From: Actinomycetota bacterium
GTDB taxonomy: Bacteria > Actinomycetota > Actinomycetes > S36-B12
NCBI GenBank assembly: GCA_947449035.1
Contig: CANFQC010000004.1
Coordinates: 20,067 to 84,066 of the forward strand
Length of the DNA: 64,000 nucleotides
Direction: 5' to 3'
The translations under genes and the position numbers were made by a program. Shown one piece after another: positions 25,673 to 36,326 of the stretch. Within the stretch, counting starts at the first letter, position 1, and the number at the start of each line of letters is the position of its first letter. The notes under the pieces are model-generated. The model had not been told where the DNA came from. It made no database searches and was given only the letters and a program-made list of their open reading frames with translations.

Positions 25673-26200
25673 ATGCCGATCAAGAAGCTCATTCGCACGA
25701 TCCCGGACTTCCCGAAGCCGGGCATCATGTTCCGCGATGTCACCACCTTGTTCCAGGATCCCGAAGGCTTCCGCACCGTGATCGAGATCCTGCGCGAGCG
25801 CTACGCCGATCAGGAAATCGACGCGGTTGTCGGTGTCGAGTCACGTGGTTTCATCGTCGGCGCACCGCTGGCTCTGGCGCTCGGCTGCGCATTCATCCCG
25901 ATGCGCAAGCCCGGCAAGCTGCCGGCTGCCACGCACTCGGAGACCTATGAGCTCGAGTACGGCACCGACGAGCTGCACATTCACGTCGACGCCATCAAGC
26001 CCGGCGAGCGCGTGGTGATCATCGATGACCTCCTCGCCACCGGCGGCACCGCGCGCGCGGCGGCACGGTTGGTTCGTCACTGCGAGGGCCTGATCGTCGA
26101 GGCTGCCTTCATCGTCGACCTGCCCGACCTCAAGGGCCACGAGAAACTCGAAGATGACGGTGTGCCGGTGTTCGCGATCTGCGAGTTCGAGGGCGACTAG
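25673..26200 (+). CDS. apt: Adenine phosphoribosyltransferase
   Basis: IRTIPDFPKPGIMFRDVT and the PRPP loop VVIIDDLLATGGTA. An AAGGAG RBS lies upstream. Confidence 0.92.
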   Translation: MPIKKLIRTIPDFPKPGIMFRDVTTLFQDPEGFRTVIEILRERYADQEIDAVVGVESRGFIVGAPLALALGCAFIPMRKPGKLPAATHSETYELEYGTDELHIHVDAIKPGERVVIIDDLLATGGTARAAARLVRHCEGLIVEAAFIVDLPDLKGHEKLEDDGVPVFAICEFEGD

Positions 26201-26817
26201 GCCGCGAGACGGGCGCGACGCGCTTGGGCGATGTACTCCGGCACGATGACGCCAATGGCCAGGAAGAAGGCCACGCCCGAGGTGATCACGAAGAGCATGT
26301 CGGGCAGCAAGATCCCGTGGATTACCCACGCGGTTGAGGCGCTGATGCTCAGCCACCAGGTCAGGATCGAGACCTCTGACGGCGTCACGTCACGCATTGT
26401 CTTGAAGGACTTCGTCACCTGCGGAATGCGGATGATGGTGGCCGCGAGCATCAAGGTGAGCACGACCGGCATCGGGAACAAGATGCCGATGATGAAGAAC
26501 AGCACCGCCAGCGCGTAGATGGCAGCACCGAGACGTACGGCACCTTGACGATTGTCTGCGCGCAGTAGCCCGAGAACCAAGATGACCAGCAAGGTGTTCG
26601 TGACGATATTCGAACTAGTCGATGCGACATTGCCACTGCGAATCGAGTAGCCGAACCACATTGCGTACGTGCACAGGAACATCGCCCAGGTAAGAAGTGA
26701 GACACCTACACCCGACTTATCGCGCCAGACCTTGCGAGTTTGCGGGATCACCATGGTGATCGTGCAGAGGGCAGCGATGAAGCCGGCGATCAGCGCAACG
26801 CTGTGCTCGGACATCAC
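26197..26817 (-). CDS. Seven-TM protein with two PQ-loop repeats (SWEET-like 3+1+3 topology)
   Basis: Two PQ motifs each followed by a basic loop and LTW: MVIPQTRKVWRDKSGVGVSLLTW and IIRIPQVTKSFKTMRDVTPSEVSILTW. Seven hydrophobic segments counted by eye. Confidence 0.65.
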   Translation of the reverse strand: MMSEHSVALIAGFIAALCTITMVIPQTRKVWRDKSGVGVSLLTWAMFLCTYAMWFGYSIRSGNVASTSSNIVTNTLLVILVLGLLRADNRQGAVRLGAAIYALAVLFFIIGILFPMPVVLTLMLAATIIRIPQVTKSFKTMRDVTPSEVSILTWWLSISASTAWVIHGILLPDMLFVITSGVAFFLAIGVIVPEYIAQARRARLAA

Positions 26818-26841
26818 GGCCTCCCTTCGGCCACTGCGTGC

Positions 26842-27642
26842 TTAGCGGAAGAGAAGATCCAGGACGTCAGCTACCGCCTCGCCGGCGACATCGCCGGTGC
26901 GGAAGTCGGCGCACGCCGCGGTGTCAGCATCGGCATCACCCATCGCTACGCCGATGCGCGCCCACTTGAGCGCCTCGCGGTCGTTGAAGGAGTCGCCGAA
27001 CATCAGCGTCTTTGCAGGGTTGATGTCCAGACGCGTGCACAGCTGCGCAAGGCCAGTGGCCTTGTTGACGTTCTGCGGCCCAAGATCCATCCAGGCCACG
27101 TCACTGACACCGAAGACAACCGAATGCAGACCGAGTGAACGAGCAATGTCGCCGAAGCCCTGGTTCACGTGGGCATCGCTGCGCACGACTACGCGAGTGA
27201 CGGGGCGGCTAGTCAGGTGCTCGAAGGGAACCTCGAGAACCTGCTTGGAGATGTAGTCGGTGCCGATGAGGCTGGTTGTACGAAGGGTGCCGTCGATGTC
27301 TTCGACCGCGTAGACCGCGTCAGGCAGGATCGGCGCGATCATCGAGAGCAGTTCGCTCGGATCGAAGGTGGTGGCCTCGATGACCGACTCGGGATCGACT
27401 GTGGCCAGAACCGCGCCGTTGGAGCAGATCGCCCAGCTATTCATGCCGGCCGCACGTGCGACACCGCCAGTCAGGCTCAGGGAGCGGCCGGTGCACGGAA
27501 TAACCGTGGCGCCGGCTGCCATGACGCGCAGGATCGAGTCGCGCACGCGCTCGTGCACGACGTCGCCATGTTCGACAAGGGTGTCATCGAAATCGATGGC
27601 AATGAGTTCTGGCTCGAAATCTCGAGGAAAGTCCTTCAGCAC
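26842..27642 (-). CDS. Cof-type HAD-IIB phosphatase
   Basis: Motif I (IAIDFDDTLV), CTGRS, and a C-terminal FGDSFNDREAL motif. Confidence 0.8.
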   Translation of the reverse strand: MLKDFPRDFEPELIAIDFDDTLVEHGDVVHERVRDSILRVMAAGATVIPCTGRSLSLTGGVARAAGMNSWAICSNGAVLATVDPESVIEATTFDPSELLSMIAPILPDAVYAVEDIDGTLRTTSLIGTDYISKQVLEVPFEHLTSRPVTRVVVRSDAHVNQGFGDIARSLGLHSVVFGVSDVAWMDLGPQNVNKATGLAQLCTRLDINPAKTLMFGDSFNDREALKWARIGVAMGDADADTAACADFRTGDVAGEAVADVLDLLFR

Positions 27643-27651
27643 GGCGCGACG

Positions 27652-28971
27652 CTAGCCCTTCGGGGTGAACGCAGAGACTCCGCCGAGGAACGGGCGGAGG
27701 GCCTGCGGGATAACAACAGAGCCGTCGGCCTGCTGATGGTTCTCGAGAATGGCGACGATGATTCGCGGCATTGCCACGAGCGTGCCATTCAAGGTGGCGA
27801 GCGGCTGCGTCTTGTCGCCGTCGCGCATGCGGATCTTTAGTCGTCGTGCCTGGAACTCCGTGGTGTTCGAGGTCGAGGTGACCTCGCGGTACGTGCCCTG
27901 GGTCGGAATCCAGGCCTCGATATCGAACTTACGTGCCGCGCTGCTGCCGAGATCACCGGTGGCAACGTCAATCACGCGATACGGGATCTCAAGTGCATCA
28001 ATGAAGTCCTTCTCCCACTGCAGGAGACGCTGATGCTCGTTCTCGGCATCGGCGGGATCGCAGTAGACGAACATCTCGACCTTGTCGAACTGATGCACGC
28101 GGATGATGCCGCGGGTGTCCTTGCCGTAGGTGCCGGCCTCGCGACGGAAGCAGGACGACCAGCCGGCGTAACGGATCGGCAGTTCCTTGGCGTCGATGAT
28201 CTCGTCAGAGTGATACGCGGCAAGCGGAACCTCGGAGGTGCCGACGAGATATAGATCGTCAGCCTCAACGCGGTACACGTTCTCGGCGGCCTGACCGAGG
28301 AAGCCCGTGCCGTCCATCGCACTCGGAAGAACCAAGCTCGGCGTGATCATGGGAATGAAGCCATTGGCGGTGGCCTGCGCCATCGCCATGTTGAGCAGTG
28401 CGAACTCGAGCTGCGCACCCACGCCACGCAGATAGAAGAAGCGTGAGCCGGAGACCTTCGCACCGCGCACAGTGTCGATAGCGCCGAGCATTTCGCCGAT
28501 CTCAAGATGATCGCGGGGCTCGAATCCGTCAGCGGCGAAATCACGCGGCGTGCCCACATGTTCGAGAGTGACGAAATCCTCCTCGCCGCCCACGGGGGAG
28601 TCGAGGTTCACGAGGTTGGCCAGCTGAAGCCAGAGCGCATCGGTGACCTCAGCCTGCTCATTCGCGGCAGCCTCAGCAGCCTTCGTGCGATCAGCGAGAT
28701 CAGTGGCCTTGGCCATCAGGGCATCGAGCTCGGCCTGCGCGGCCACCTTCGCGGTGTCGTCCGACGCCTTCTTGAGCGCACCTTGCAGCGGACCGATCTC
28801 CTTGCCGATCAGCTTCTGCTGGTTGCGCAGCTCATCGAAGTGAGCCTGCGCGGCACGCTTGGCCGTATCGGCCTCGATGAGACGGTCGACGACCGTGACG
28901 TCCTCGCCGCGACGGCGCTGGGACTCACGGATCCGATCGGGGTCGGTGCGCAGAATCTGGGGATCGATCAC
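27652..28971 (-). CDS. serS: Serine--tRNA ligase
   Basis: N-terminal coiled-coil arm ([25 protein letters not shown]) and class II motifs ([14 protein letters not shown]). Confidence 0.93.
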   Translation of the reverse strand: MIDPQILRTDPDRIRESQRRRGEDVTVVDRLIEADTAKRAAQAHFDELRNQQKLIGKEIGPLQGALKKASDDTAKVAAQAELDALMAKATDLADRTKAAEAAANEQAEVTDALWLQLANLVNLDSPVGGEEDFVTLEHVGTPRDFAADGFEPRDHLEIGEMLGAIDTVRGAKVSGSRFFYLRGVGAQLEFALLNMAMAQATANGFIPMITPSLVLPSAMDGTGFLGQAAENVYRVEADDLYLVGTSEVPLAAYHSDEIIDAKELPIRYAGWSSCFRREAGTYGKDTRGIIRVHQFDKVEMFVYCDPADAENEHQRLLQWEKDFIDALEIPYRVIDVATGDLGSSAARKFDIEAWIPTQGTYREVTSTSNTTEFQARRLKIRMRDGDKTQPLATLNGTLVAMPRIIVAILENHQQADGSVVIPQALRPFLGGVSAFTPKG

Positions 28972-29002
28972 GGCCCCAGCCTACGGGGCTCCTTGAGGGG
29001 AC

Positions 29003-29431
29003 CTAGCCGCACAGCCCATTGACGAGGCGGGTTCCGAAGGATTCGGCACCGGGCAGGTCTGCCTTCAACCAGCCGTGGCGAACAGCGAGCCACTGGTAAC
29101 TCTCGATGACGATCGGGTTGCTCGCATTGGTGAGATCCGCGCACGTGGCTGCCTTGACCTGCTTCCAGGTGGGATGAGCGCCGAGTGCTGCCAGTTTCGG
29201 GGTGCCGGCCTTGATCGTGGCCCATGCCTTGGCATTCGGATGACGATTCGGGCAGATGATCGGGCTGACAGTGCCGTCGGTATTCGTCGACAGGGATCCG
29301 CAGTTCGAAGGCTTGAGCGTTGATGTCGCGGCGCTCGCGGGCGCGGAGAACCCGATGAGGCCGGCGACTGCCATCCCGGCAGAGGCGATGGTGACGATAA
29401 GGGTCGACTTCTTCACGCGTGAACTCTCCAT
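29003..29431 (-). CDS. Small secreted 4-Cys protein of unknown function
   Basis: ATG 29431 gives MESSRVKKSTLIVTIASAGMAVAGLIGFSAPASA|AT (signal peptide). The mature part is about 108 aa with 4 Cys. Confidence 0.55.
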   Translation of the reverse strand: MESSRVKKSTLIVTIASAGMAVAGLIGFSAPASAATSTLKPSNCGSLSTNTDGTVSPIICPNRHPNAKAWATIKAGTPKLAALGAHPTWKQVKAATCADLTNASNPIVIESYQWLAVRHGWLKADLPGAESFGTRLVNGLCG

Positions 29432-29512
29432 CCCGAGAGTATGACAGTGCGGAGTGCGAGGGCACGACCGTTCACGCCGGAAGTCGGGCACATCGGCGAA
29501 CCACCGTCATCT

Positions 29513-31015
29513 TTATTTGGTGCGAAGGGCTCGCACGACCTCGACCGCGTCTGCCAGCTCGGGTGCCAGGAATCGATCGGGGCCCGGGCCGGGAACCATC
29601 GCCCGGAGTTGACTGATGATTGCTGCGGTGGTCGGGGCCGGCGTGAGCGGTGCGCGCAACTCGATAGCGCGGGCAGCAGCGGTGAGCTCGATTGCCAGGA
29701 TGCCGGTGAGGTTTTCCACGGCCTTTCGCAGCTTGCGACCGGCATGCCAGCCCATCGACACATGGTCCTCCTGCATGGCAGAGCTCGGGATCGAGTCGAC
29801 ACTTGCCGGTACGGCGAGGCGCTTATTCTCCGAGACAAGTGCTGCCTGCGTGTACTGCGCGATCATCAGGCCGGAATCGACACCGGGATCATCGGCGAGG
29901 AATGGCGGCAGGCCTTGCGAGCGATTCTTGTCGAGCATGCGATCGGTGCGGCGCTCGGCGATCGAGCCGAGATCGGCAGTCGGGATCGCGAGGAAGTCGA
30001 GCACGTACGCGACAGGGGCGCCATGGAAGTTGCCGTTGCTCGTGACCGTGCCATCACCCAGCACGACAGGATTATCGATCGCGGCAGCGAGTTCGCGGGT
30101 GGCTACGAGTCGCGCGTGGGCCAGGGTGTCGCGCATTGCGCCGGTCACCTGCGGGGCGCAGCGAAGTGAGTAGGCATCCTGCACGCGGGTGTCGTCGATC
30201 TTGTGCGACGCAACGATGCTGGAATCGGCCAGGGCGGCATACATGTTCGCGGCGCTCTCTGCCTGGCCAGGATGAGGGCGCAGCGGCAGGTGAAGTTCTG
30301 GGCGGAAGACGCTGTCGGTGCCGAGTAGGCCCTCGACACTCATGGCGGCAATGACATCGGCAGCATCGGAGAGGTGCTCAAGGTCGGCAATGGCCAGGAT
30401 CAGCATCCCGAGCATGCCGTCCGTGCCGTTGATGAGAGCAAGACCCTCTTTCTCCTGCAGTTCGACGGGAGTGATGCCCGCCTCGGCAAGAAGTTCCGGA
30501 ACCGGCCGCTCGATGCCGTCACGATCAGTGGCGCGACCCTCGCCCATGAGTACGAGCGCGCAATGCGAGAGCGGCGCGAGGTCGCCGCTGCAGCCGAGGG
30601 ATCCGTACTCATGCACGATCGGCGTGATCCCGGCATTGAGTAGTGCGGCCATCGTTTCGGCCACCACGGACCGCGCGCCGGTGCGACCGCTGGCGAGAGT
30701 CTTCAGTCGAAGCAGCATGAGTGCGCGCACAACCTCGCGCTCGACTGGGTCACCAAGGCCTGCCGCATGTGAGCGCACGAGGGATCGCTGCAGCTGCACG
30801 CGCTGCTCGAGGGGAATGTGGCGCGTTGCGAGGGCGCCAAATCCGGTGCTGACGCCGTAGACGGGATCAGGGGCCTGGGCGAGTGCATCGATCTGCGCAC
30901 GAGTGCGTGCCATTCCCTCGAGTGCCTCCGGGGAGAGCGTCACTGGCGCATCGAAGCGAGCCACTGCTACGACATTGTCGAGGGTCATACCGCTGCTGTT
31001 GATCGTGACAGTCAT
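29513..31015 (-). CDS. hutH: Histidine ammonia-lyase
   Basis: The ASG-type MIO-forming region (GSLGCSGDLAPLSH) in the aromatic ammonia-lyase fold. The start ATG abuts the hutI stop (TAGATG). Confidence 0.92.
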   Translation of the reverse strand: MTVTINSSGMTLDNVVAVARFDAPVTLSPEALEGMARTRAQIDALAQAPDPVYGVSTGFGALATRHIPLEQRVQLQRSLVRSHAAGLGDPVEREVVRALMLLRLKTLASGRTGARSVVAETMAALLNAGITPIVHEYGSLGCSGDLAPLSHCALVLMGEGRATDRDGIERPVPELLAEAGITPVELQEKEGLALINGTDGMLGMLILAIADLEHLSDAADVIAAMSVEGLLGTDSVFRPELHLPLRPHPGQAESAANMYAALADSSIVASHKIDDTRVQDAYSLRCAPQVTGAMRDTLAHARLVATRELAAAIDNPVVLGDGTVTSNGNFHGAPVAYVLDFLAIPTADLGSIAERRTDRMLDKNRSQGLPPFLADDPGVDSGLMIAQYTQAALVSENKRLAVPASVDSIPSSAMQEDHVSMGWHAGRKLRKAVENLTGILAIELTAAARAIELRAPLTPAPTTAAIISQLRAMVPGPGPDRFLAPELADAVEVVRALRTK

Positions 31016-32197
31016 CTATTGCTGCTTCCTGGTGAGGCGAAGGTGCCCGGATACCCAAACACGGTCTATCAGATCGACACCGGGTCGGTAAGCCAGGTGC
31101 ACGTGGTCGGGGGCGTCGAGACTGACAAGATCGGCGCGAGCGCCGGGGGTGATCACGCCGATATCGGTGCGGCGCAGTGCTCGTGCACCGCCTGCGGTGG
31201 CTGACCACAGGGCCTCGTCAGGACTCATCCGCATTTCCCGCACGGCGAGGGCAACCATCAGCGGCATGCTCGTCGTGTAGCTCGATCCGGGATTGCAGTC
31301 GGTGGCGAGAGCGACGCTGGCGCCGGCATCGATGAGTCGGCGTGCTGCCGGGTAGGGGGAGCGAGTCGAGAACTCGGCTCCGGGAAGCAGGGTTGCGACA
31401 GTCATGCTGCCGGCGAGAGCATCGATATCAGCATCGTCGAGATACGTGCAGTGATCGGCTGATGCCGCGTCGAGCTCGACAGCGAGTTGAACTCCGCCAC
31501 CGTGCTGCAATTGATTGGCATGGATGCGTGGCAACAGGCCCCGGGCCATGCCTGAGGTCAGGATCTCGCGTGCCTGGTCAACGTCGAATGCCCCGCGGTC
31601 GCAGAACACGTCGATCCATCGGGCGCTTTCGAGACATGCATCGAGCATCGCACCGCAGACGAGGTCGACATACGCGTCGGCGTCGATGCCCTCGGGCACG
31701 ATATGTGCGCCGAGATATGTCGTCTCATCCGTGAACTCACGGGCAATGCGCAGTGATCGTGCCTCGTCAGCGACAGTGAGGCCGTAGCCCGACTTCGTCT
31801 CGAAGGTGGTGACGCCGCTACGTGCCAGCTCATCCACAAGATCGCGCGTGCGAGCACGTAGGGCGTCATCGCTTGCAGCGCGAGTTGCTGCGACAGTCGT
31901 GCGGATACCGCCCGCCAGGTAACTCTCACCAGTCATGCGTGCGGCGAACTCCATGGATCGGTCACCGGCAAACACCAGATGGGCATGCGAATCCACGAAG
32001 CCGGGAATGACCGCGCGTGACTCGAGATCGATCGCGGCTACAGATGCGTCGAGTTCTCGAGCCGGGCCGACCCAGGCAATGCGATCACCTTCGATGAGCA
32101 CCGCAGCATCGCGAATGACGCCGAGTGGGCCATCGCCGAGACTCGGATCATTGGTGACCAGCGATCCGATGCCCGTCAGGGCGTGGGGATCAGGCAC
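31016..32197 (-). CDS. hutI: Imidazolonepropionase
   Basis: Amidohydrolase HxH ([11 protein letters not shown]) and further conserved amidohydrolase-fold segments. GTG 32197 gives 393 aa and an 8-nt overlap with the hutU stop. The 473-aa longest ORF would run deep into hutU. Confidence 0.88.
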   Translation of the reverse strand: MPDPHALTGIGSLVTNDPSLGDGPLGVIRDAAVLIEGDRIAWVGPARELDASVAAIDLESRAVIPGFVDSHAHLVFAGDRSMEFAARMTGESYLAGGIRTTVAATRAASDDALRARTRDLVDELARSGVTTFETKSGYGLTVADEARSLRIAREFTDETTYLGAHIVPEGIDADAYVDLVCGAMLDACLESARWIDVFCDRGAFDVDQAREILTSGMARGLLPRIHANQLQHGGGVQLAVELDAASADHCTYLDDADIDALAGSMTVATLLPGAEFSTRSPYPAARRLIDAGASVALATDCNPGSSYTTSMPLMVALAVREMRMSPDEALWSATAGGARALRRTDIGVITPGARADLVSLDAPDHVHLAYRPGVDLIDRVWVSGHLRLTRKQQ

Positions 32198-33863
32198 CCG
32201 CGCCCTCCTCCATGGGGATGCGCACGCCACGCTCGGCGGCAACCTCATCAGCGATGTCGTAGCCGGCATCAACGTGTCGGATGACGCCCATGCCCGGGTC
32301 ATTCGTGAGCACGCGTGCCAGCTTCTGGGCGGCGAGCGGCGTGCCGTCGGCGACGCTGACCTGGCCGGCGTGGATCGAGCGACCCATGCCCACGCCACCA
32401 CCGTGATGGATCGAGACCCACGAAGCGCCTGATGCAATGTTGACCATGGCGTTCAGTAGCGGCCAATCGGCAATCGCATCGGACCCGTCAAGCATGGACT
32501 CGGACTCGCGATAAGGGCTGGCAACCGAACCGCAATCGAGGTGATCGCGGCCGATGACGATTGGTGCACTGACCTCACCGCGTGCGACGAGATCGTTGAA
32601 TGCAAGACCGGCTTTATCTCGCTCGCCGTACCCCAGCCAGCAGATGCGAGCGGGCAGGCCCTGGAATTCCACGCGCTCCTGCGCGAGCTTGATCCAGCGC
32701 TGCAAGTGAAGGTTGTCGGGGAACAGTTCGAGTACGGCCTGATCGGTGCGGTAGATGTCCTTCGGATCACCTGAAAGCGCTACCCAGCGGAACGGACCCT
32801 TGCCCTCGCAGAACAGTGGACGAATGTAGGCGGGGATGAAACCGGGGAAGTCGAATGCACGGTTGTATCCACCCTTGCGCGCCTCATCTCGAATGGAGTT
32901 GCCGTAGTCGAAGACCTCTGCTCCTGCATCCATGAACCCGACCATTGCCTCGACATGCTTGGCCATCGACTCCTGTGCGCGATCGGTGAATTCTTCGGGC
33001 TTCTTTTCCGCGAACTCGCGTGCATCTTCGAGTTCGATCCCCTCGGGAATGTAATAGAAGGGATCGTGTGCGCTGGTCTGATCCGTGACGATGTCGACGG
33101 GTACGCCACGACGCAGCAGCTCGGGCAGAATCGTCGCTGCGTTGCCCACGACGCCGACTGAGATCGCCTTGCGCTGCGCGGTGTACTTCACGACTCGATC
33201 GATTGCATCATCGAGATTGTCAGCGAGCTCATCGAGGTAACGGGTCTCGACACGACGTCGCAGCCGCGTCGGATCGATATCGATCATCAGGCAGGTGCCC
33301 TCGTTCATGGTGACGGCGAGCGGTTGTGCACCGCCCATTCCGCCGCAGCCGGCGGTCACGGTGAGGGTGCCGGCGAGAGTGCCATTGAACTTCTTCGCGG
33401 CGACCGCGGCGAAGGTCTCGTAGGTGCCCTGCAGGATGCCCTGGGTGCCGATGTAGATCCATGACCCTGCAGTCATCTGTCCGTACATCGTCAGGCCGAG
33501 CTGCTCGAGGCGGCGGAATTCGGGCCAGGTGGCCCAGTCACCGACGAGGTTGCCATTCGCGATCAGCACGCGCGGTGCCCACTCATGGGTCTGCATGACG
33601 CCAACTGGCTTGCCCGATTGCACAAGCAGGGTCTCGTCCTGCTTGAGGGTGGTGAGGGTGCGGACGATCGCATCGAAGCTCGCCCAGTTGCGGGCCGCCT
33701 TGCCGGTGCCGCCGTACACGACCAGCTCGTCGGGATACTCGGCTACAGACGGGTCGAGGTTGTTCTGCAGCATGCGCAAGGCGGCCTCGGTCTGCCAGTT
33801 CTGTGCGGTAAGTGAGGTGCCGGTGGGGGAGAACACGGGACGGGCGCCGAGGGAAGCAGTCAT
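32190..33863 (-). CDS. hutU: Urocanate hydratase
   Basis: 557 aa. Contains [10 protein letters not shown] and [15 protein letters not shown], hallmarks of urocanase. Confidence 0.93.
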   Translation of the reverse strand: MTASLGARPVFSPTGTSLTAQNWQTEAALRMLQNNLDPSVAEYPDELVVYGGTGKAARNWASFDAIVRTLTTLKQDETLLVQSGKPVGVMQTHEWAPRVLIANGNLVGDWATWPEFRRLEQLGLTMYGQMTAGSWIYIGTQGILQGTYETFAAVAAKKFNGTLAGTLTVTAGCGGMGGAQPLAVTMNEGTCLMIDIDPTRLRRRVETRYLDELADNLDDAIDRVVKYTAQRKAISVGVVGNAATILPELLRRGVPVDIVTDQTSAHDPFYYIPEGIELEDAREFAEKKPEEFTDRAQESMAKHVEAMVGFMDAGAEVFDYGNSIRDEARKGGYNRAFDFPGFIPAYIRPLFCEGKGPFRWVALSGDPKDIYRTDQAVLELFPDNLHLQRWIKLAQERVEFQGLPARICWLGYGERDKAGLAFNDLVARGEVSAPIVIGRDHLDCGSVASPYRESESMLDGSDAIADWPLLNAMVNIASGASWVSIHHGGGVGMGRSIHAGQVSVADGTPLAAQKLARVLTNDPGMGVIRHVDAGYDIADEVAAERGVRIPMEEGAGA

Positions 33864-33948
33864 GGGTCAATTGGAGTCCATTGCGACGGGAGGCGGCAGG
33901 GCTCGACGGTCATTAGAGTCTGAGATACGAGATTTGGAGGTCCACGAC

Positions 33949-34719
33949 GTGCGCACGAATGCCCCCGCGGCGACTCGGGCCCTGCATGCCCTGCGGATCC
34001 TGGCCGCTGCCGCCGGCCCCATGACGGCGGCCAGCCTGTCGCGTCAGCTGGGCACTCCACGGTCGTCGACCTATCACCTCCTGGCCACCATGGCCGATGA
34101 GGGATTCGTCGTGCACTACCCCGAGGAGGAGAAATGGGGCCTGGGACTTGCCGTCTTCGAGGTCGGCTCTGCCTATCTCCGTCACGACCCGATGGAACGG
34201 CTGGCACGGCCCTTGCTCGCGCAGCTCATCGGTCGCTTCGAATCAGTTCCACTCGTCGCCCATCTGGCGATCCTGCGTGGCGATGAGGTGCTCTACCTGC
34301 TTAAGGAGTCTGGACGTCAACCGCTCACCCTGGTAACCGATGTGGGAGTACGGCTACCTGCCTCGCTCACGGCTTCGGGTCGCGCGATTCTCGCGCACCT
34401 GCCTGTCGCACAGCTTCGAGCCTCGCTACCGTCGAGTGCCCGACTCATCGACCGTACTGGTGTCGGTCCGACAACCGTGAGTCAGTTGCGAGAACTGCTC
34501 AATGCCGAACGCAAGTCCGGCTTCAGTGAGGAGGACGGATTCATCACCGAGGGCGTGAGCTCAGTGGCTGTAGCGGTCATGGATCAACTCGATCATCCCG
34601 CTGCCGCCATCGGACTCAGTTTCCGATCCGATTCGGCGGATCGCGACGATCGCGAGCTGTTTGTCAATGCGTTGAGTCGTACCGCCACCCAACTCTCACG
34701 GCGGATCCGCGGTAACTGA
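33949..34719 (+). CDS. IclR-family transcriptional regulator (likely hut regulator)
   Basis: GTG 33949 has GGAGG 8 nt upstream. wHTH (ALHALRILAAAAGPMTAASLSRQLGTPRSSTYHLLATM) and an IclR effector domain. It is divergent from hutUIH. Confidence 0.8.
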   Translation: MRTNAPAATRALHALRILAAAAGPMTAASLSRQLGTPRSSTYHLLATMADEGFVVHYPEEEKWGLGLAVFEVGSAYLRHDPMERLARPLLAQLIGRFESVPLVAHLAILRGDEVLYLLKESGRQPLTLVTDVGVRLPASLTASGRAILAHLPVAQLRASLPSSARLIDRTGVGPTTVSQLRELLNAERKSGFSEEDGFITEGVSSVAVAVMDQLDHPAAAIGLSFRSDSADRDDRELFVNALSRTATQLSRRIRGN

Positions 34720-34763
34720 CCCCGGGAGTCGTTACGGTGAGAGTTGAGAGTCACTTACGAGAA

Positions 34764-35681
34764 ATGGACATCATGTCTCTTCCTGCCGATGAGCGCTGGC
34801 CCCGTGCAGCGCATGCGTTCACCGCGCTGCCCGACGGATCGTCGGCGACACTCGGATCATTCGTGATCGTCGGCGTTCCCGCGCATCTCACCTCGATCAG
34901 CCCCACGTCGGCGCATTGCACGCCCGAGGCAGTGCGCGCAGCGCTACTTCGATACTCGACCTTCTCAGCAAGCCTTGGCCGAGACTTGCGAGATCTCGAA
35001 CTTCTCGACGCCGGAGATGTTGTTGATCCCGACGGTGAGCACGGAGAGTCGCGAGTCATGCTGCGCGTCGCTCAACTGCGAGAAGCAGGGATGGTGATGG
35101 CAATCGGCGGAGACAACTCGATCACGCACTCGGTGATGAGAGGGGTATTCGGCGGCGACCTCGGCACTGCGGGTCTCATCACCCTTGATGCCCACCACGA
35201 TCTTCGCGATGGCATAAGCAATGGATCGCCGGTGCGCCGTCTAGTCGAAGCCGGACTCACCGGTACTCGGATCGTGCAGATTGGAATTTCCGACTTCGCG
35301 AACTCCGCGGAGTACGCGGCACGCGCACGAGATATGGGCATCACTGTCATTACCCGCGGTGCACTTCGCACGCGACCGATCGCCGACGCTATGGCGGAGG
35401 CTCTCGACATCGCCGGTGCCGGCGGTACCGGGATTCACGTCGACCTGGATGTCGATGTGTGCGATCGGTCTGTCGTACCGGCTTGCCCTGCTGCTGCGCC
35501 GGGAGGCATCAGCGCCGATGAGTTACGTCAGGTGGCCGCAATGGCCGGCGCCGACACGAGAGTCCGCTCGATGGATCTCGCCGAGATTGACTCGACCATC
35601 GACTCGGCGGATCAGCGCACGGTGCGCCTGGCTGCCCTGTGCATCCTCGAGGCGGCAGCCGGAGTGCTCAGCCGCGCCTGA
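34764..35681 (+). CDS. hutG: Formimidoylglutamase (arginase/ureohydrolase family)
   Basis: Ureohydrolase metal motifs GGDNSITH, LDAHHDLRD and HVDLDVDVCD, plus the hut context. Starts at ATG 34764 or 34773. Confidence 0.8.
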   Translation: MDIMSLPADERWPRAAHAFTALPDGSSATLGSFVIVGVPAHLTSISPTSAHCTPEAVRAALLRYSTFSASLGRDLRDLELLDAGDVVDPDGEHGESRVMLRVAQLREAGMVMAIGGDNSITHSVMRGVFGGDLGTAGLITLDAHHDLRDGISNGSPVRRLVEAGLTGTRIVQIGISDFANSAEYAARARDMGITVITRGALRTRPIADAMAEALDIAGAGGTGIHVDLDVDVCDRSVVPACPAAAPGGISADELRQVAAMAGADTRVRSMDLAEIDSTIDSADQRTVRLAALCILEAAAGVLSRA

Positions 35682-35822
35682 TCACCTGGCCGACGAGTCA
35701 CCCCTCATAGAAGGGTGAACGCGGGGTAACCAGCAGGCATTTTGACCGTTCATCTTCCTGTGTCACACTTTTCGGGCTTTGCCTGCACATGGCGGGCTCG
35801 AGCAGAGAGGTATGCGAGTCGA

Positions 35823-36326
35823 GTGGACTACAACTGGCTGACCCCGAAGGCACTTGCACAGCCCGCCGGGGACAAGGGATGGGGCTCCTTCACGACGGAG
35901 CGAATCAGCGCAGGCGAAACAGTCGCCGGCTTCGGGGGATGGATGGTCCCTCGGGATTTCCTCGCCACTCTTTCAGCCGATCGTCAGGCTCGATCGATCC
36001 AGGTCGATGACGACCTCTACCTCGTGTCATCCGATGTGCGTGAGCCCGGTGACATGCTCAACCACTCCTGCGACCCGAACTGTGGCCTCTCCGGTTCCCA
36101 GCTGCTGATCGCCATGCGCGATATCGAGGTCGGCGAAGAACTCACCTTCGATTACGCGATGTGCGATGCATCCGATTACGACGAGTTCACCTGCTTGTGC
36201 GGCGCTGCTGCCTGCCGCGGGGTCGTGACCGGCTCTGACTGGCGCGACCCGATCGTGCAAGCGAAGTACATGGGCTACTTCTCGCCGTACCTGATGAAGC
36301 GCATCGCATCACTGCCGACTGTCTAG
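35823..36326 (+). CDS. SET-domain protein (putative protein-lysine methyltransferase)
   Basis: NHSCDPNC, ELTFDY and a post-SET Cys cluster (CLCGAAACRG). GTG 35823 has AGAGAGG upstream. The longest ORF starts at TTG 35742. Confidence 0.75.
   Translation: MDYNWLTPKALAQPAGDKGWGSFTTERISAGETVAGFGGWMVPRDFLATLSADRQARSIQVDDDLYLVSSDVREPGDMLNHSCDPNCGLSGSQLLIAMRDIEVGEELTFDYAMCDASDYDEFTCLCGAAACRGVVTGSDWRDPIVQAKYMGYFSPYLMKRIASLPTV

Noticed and set aside
32198-32437. N-terminal 80-aa extension of the hutI ORF
   Set aside because: It would overlap hutU by about 250 nt and is Arg/Ala/Ser-rich. GTG 32197 gives a normal 393-aa imidazolonepropionase starting just before the conserved GSLVTND region.
33529-33948. 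140-aa N-terminal extension of the IclR ORF
   Set aside because: It lies antisense within hutU. GTG 33949 with a GGAGG RBS gives a standard 256-aa IclR protein beginning just before the wHTH.
33864-33948. Imperfect dyad CAATTGGAGTCCATTG as the IclR operator in the hut divergent region
   Set aside because: Only 5 of the 8 positions pair in the DNA dyad. That is too weak to call without comparative data.
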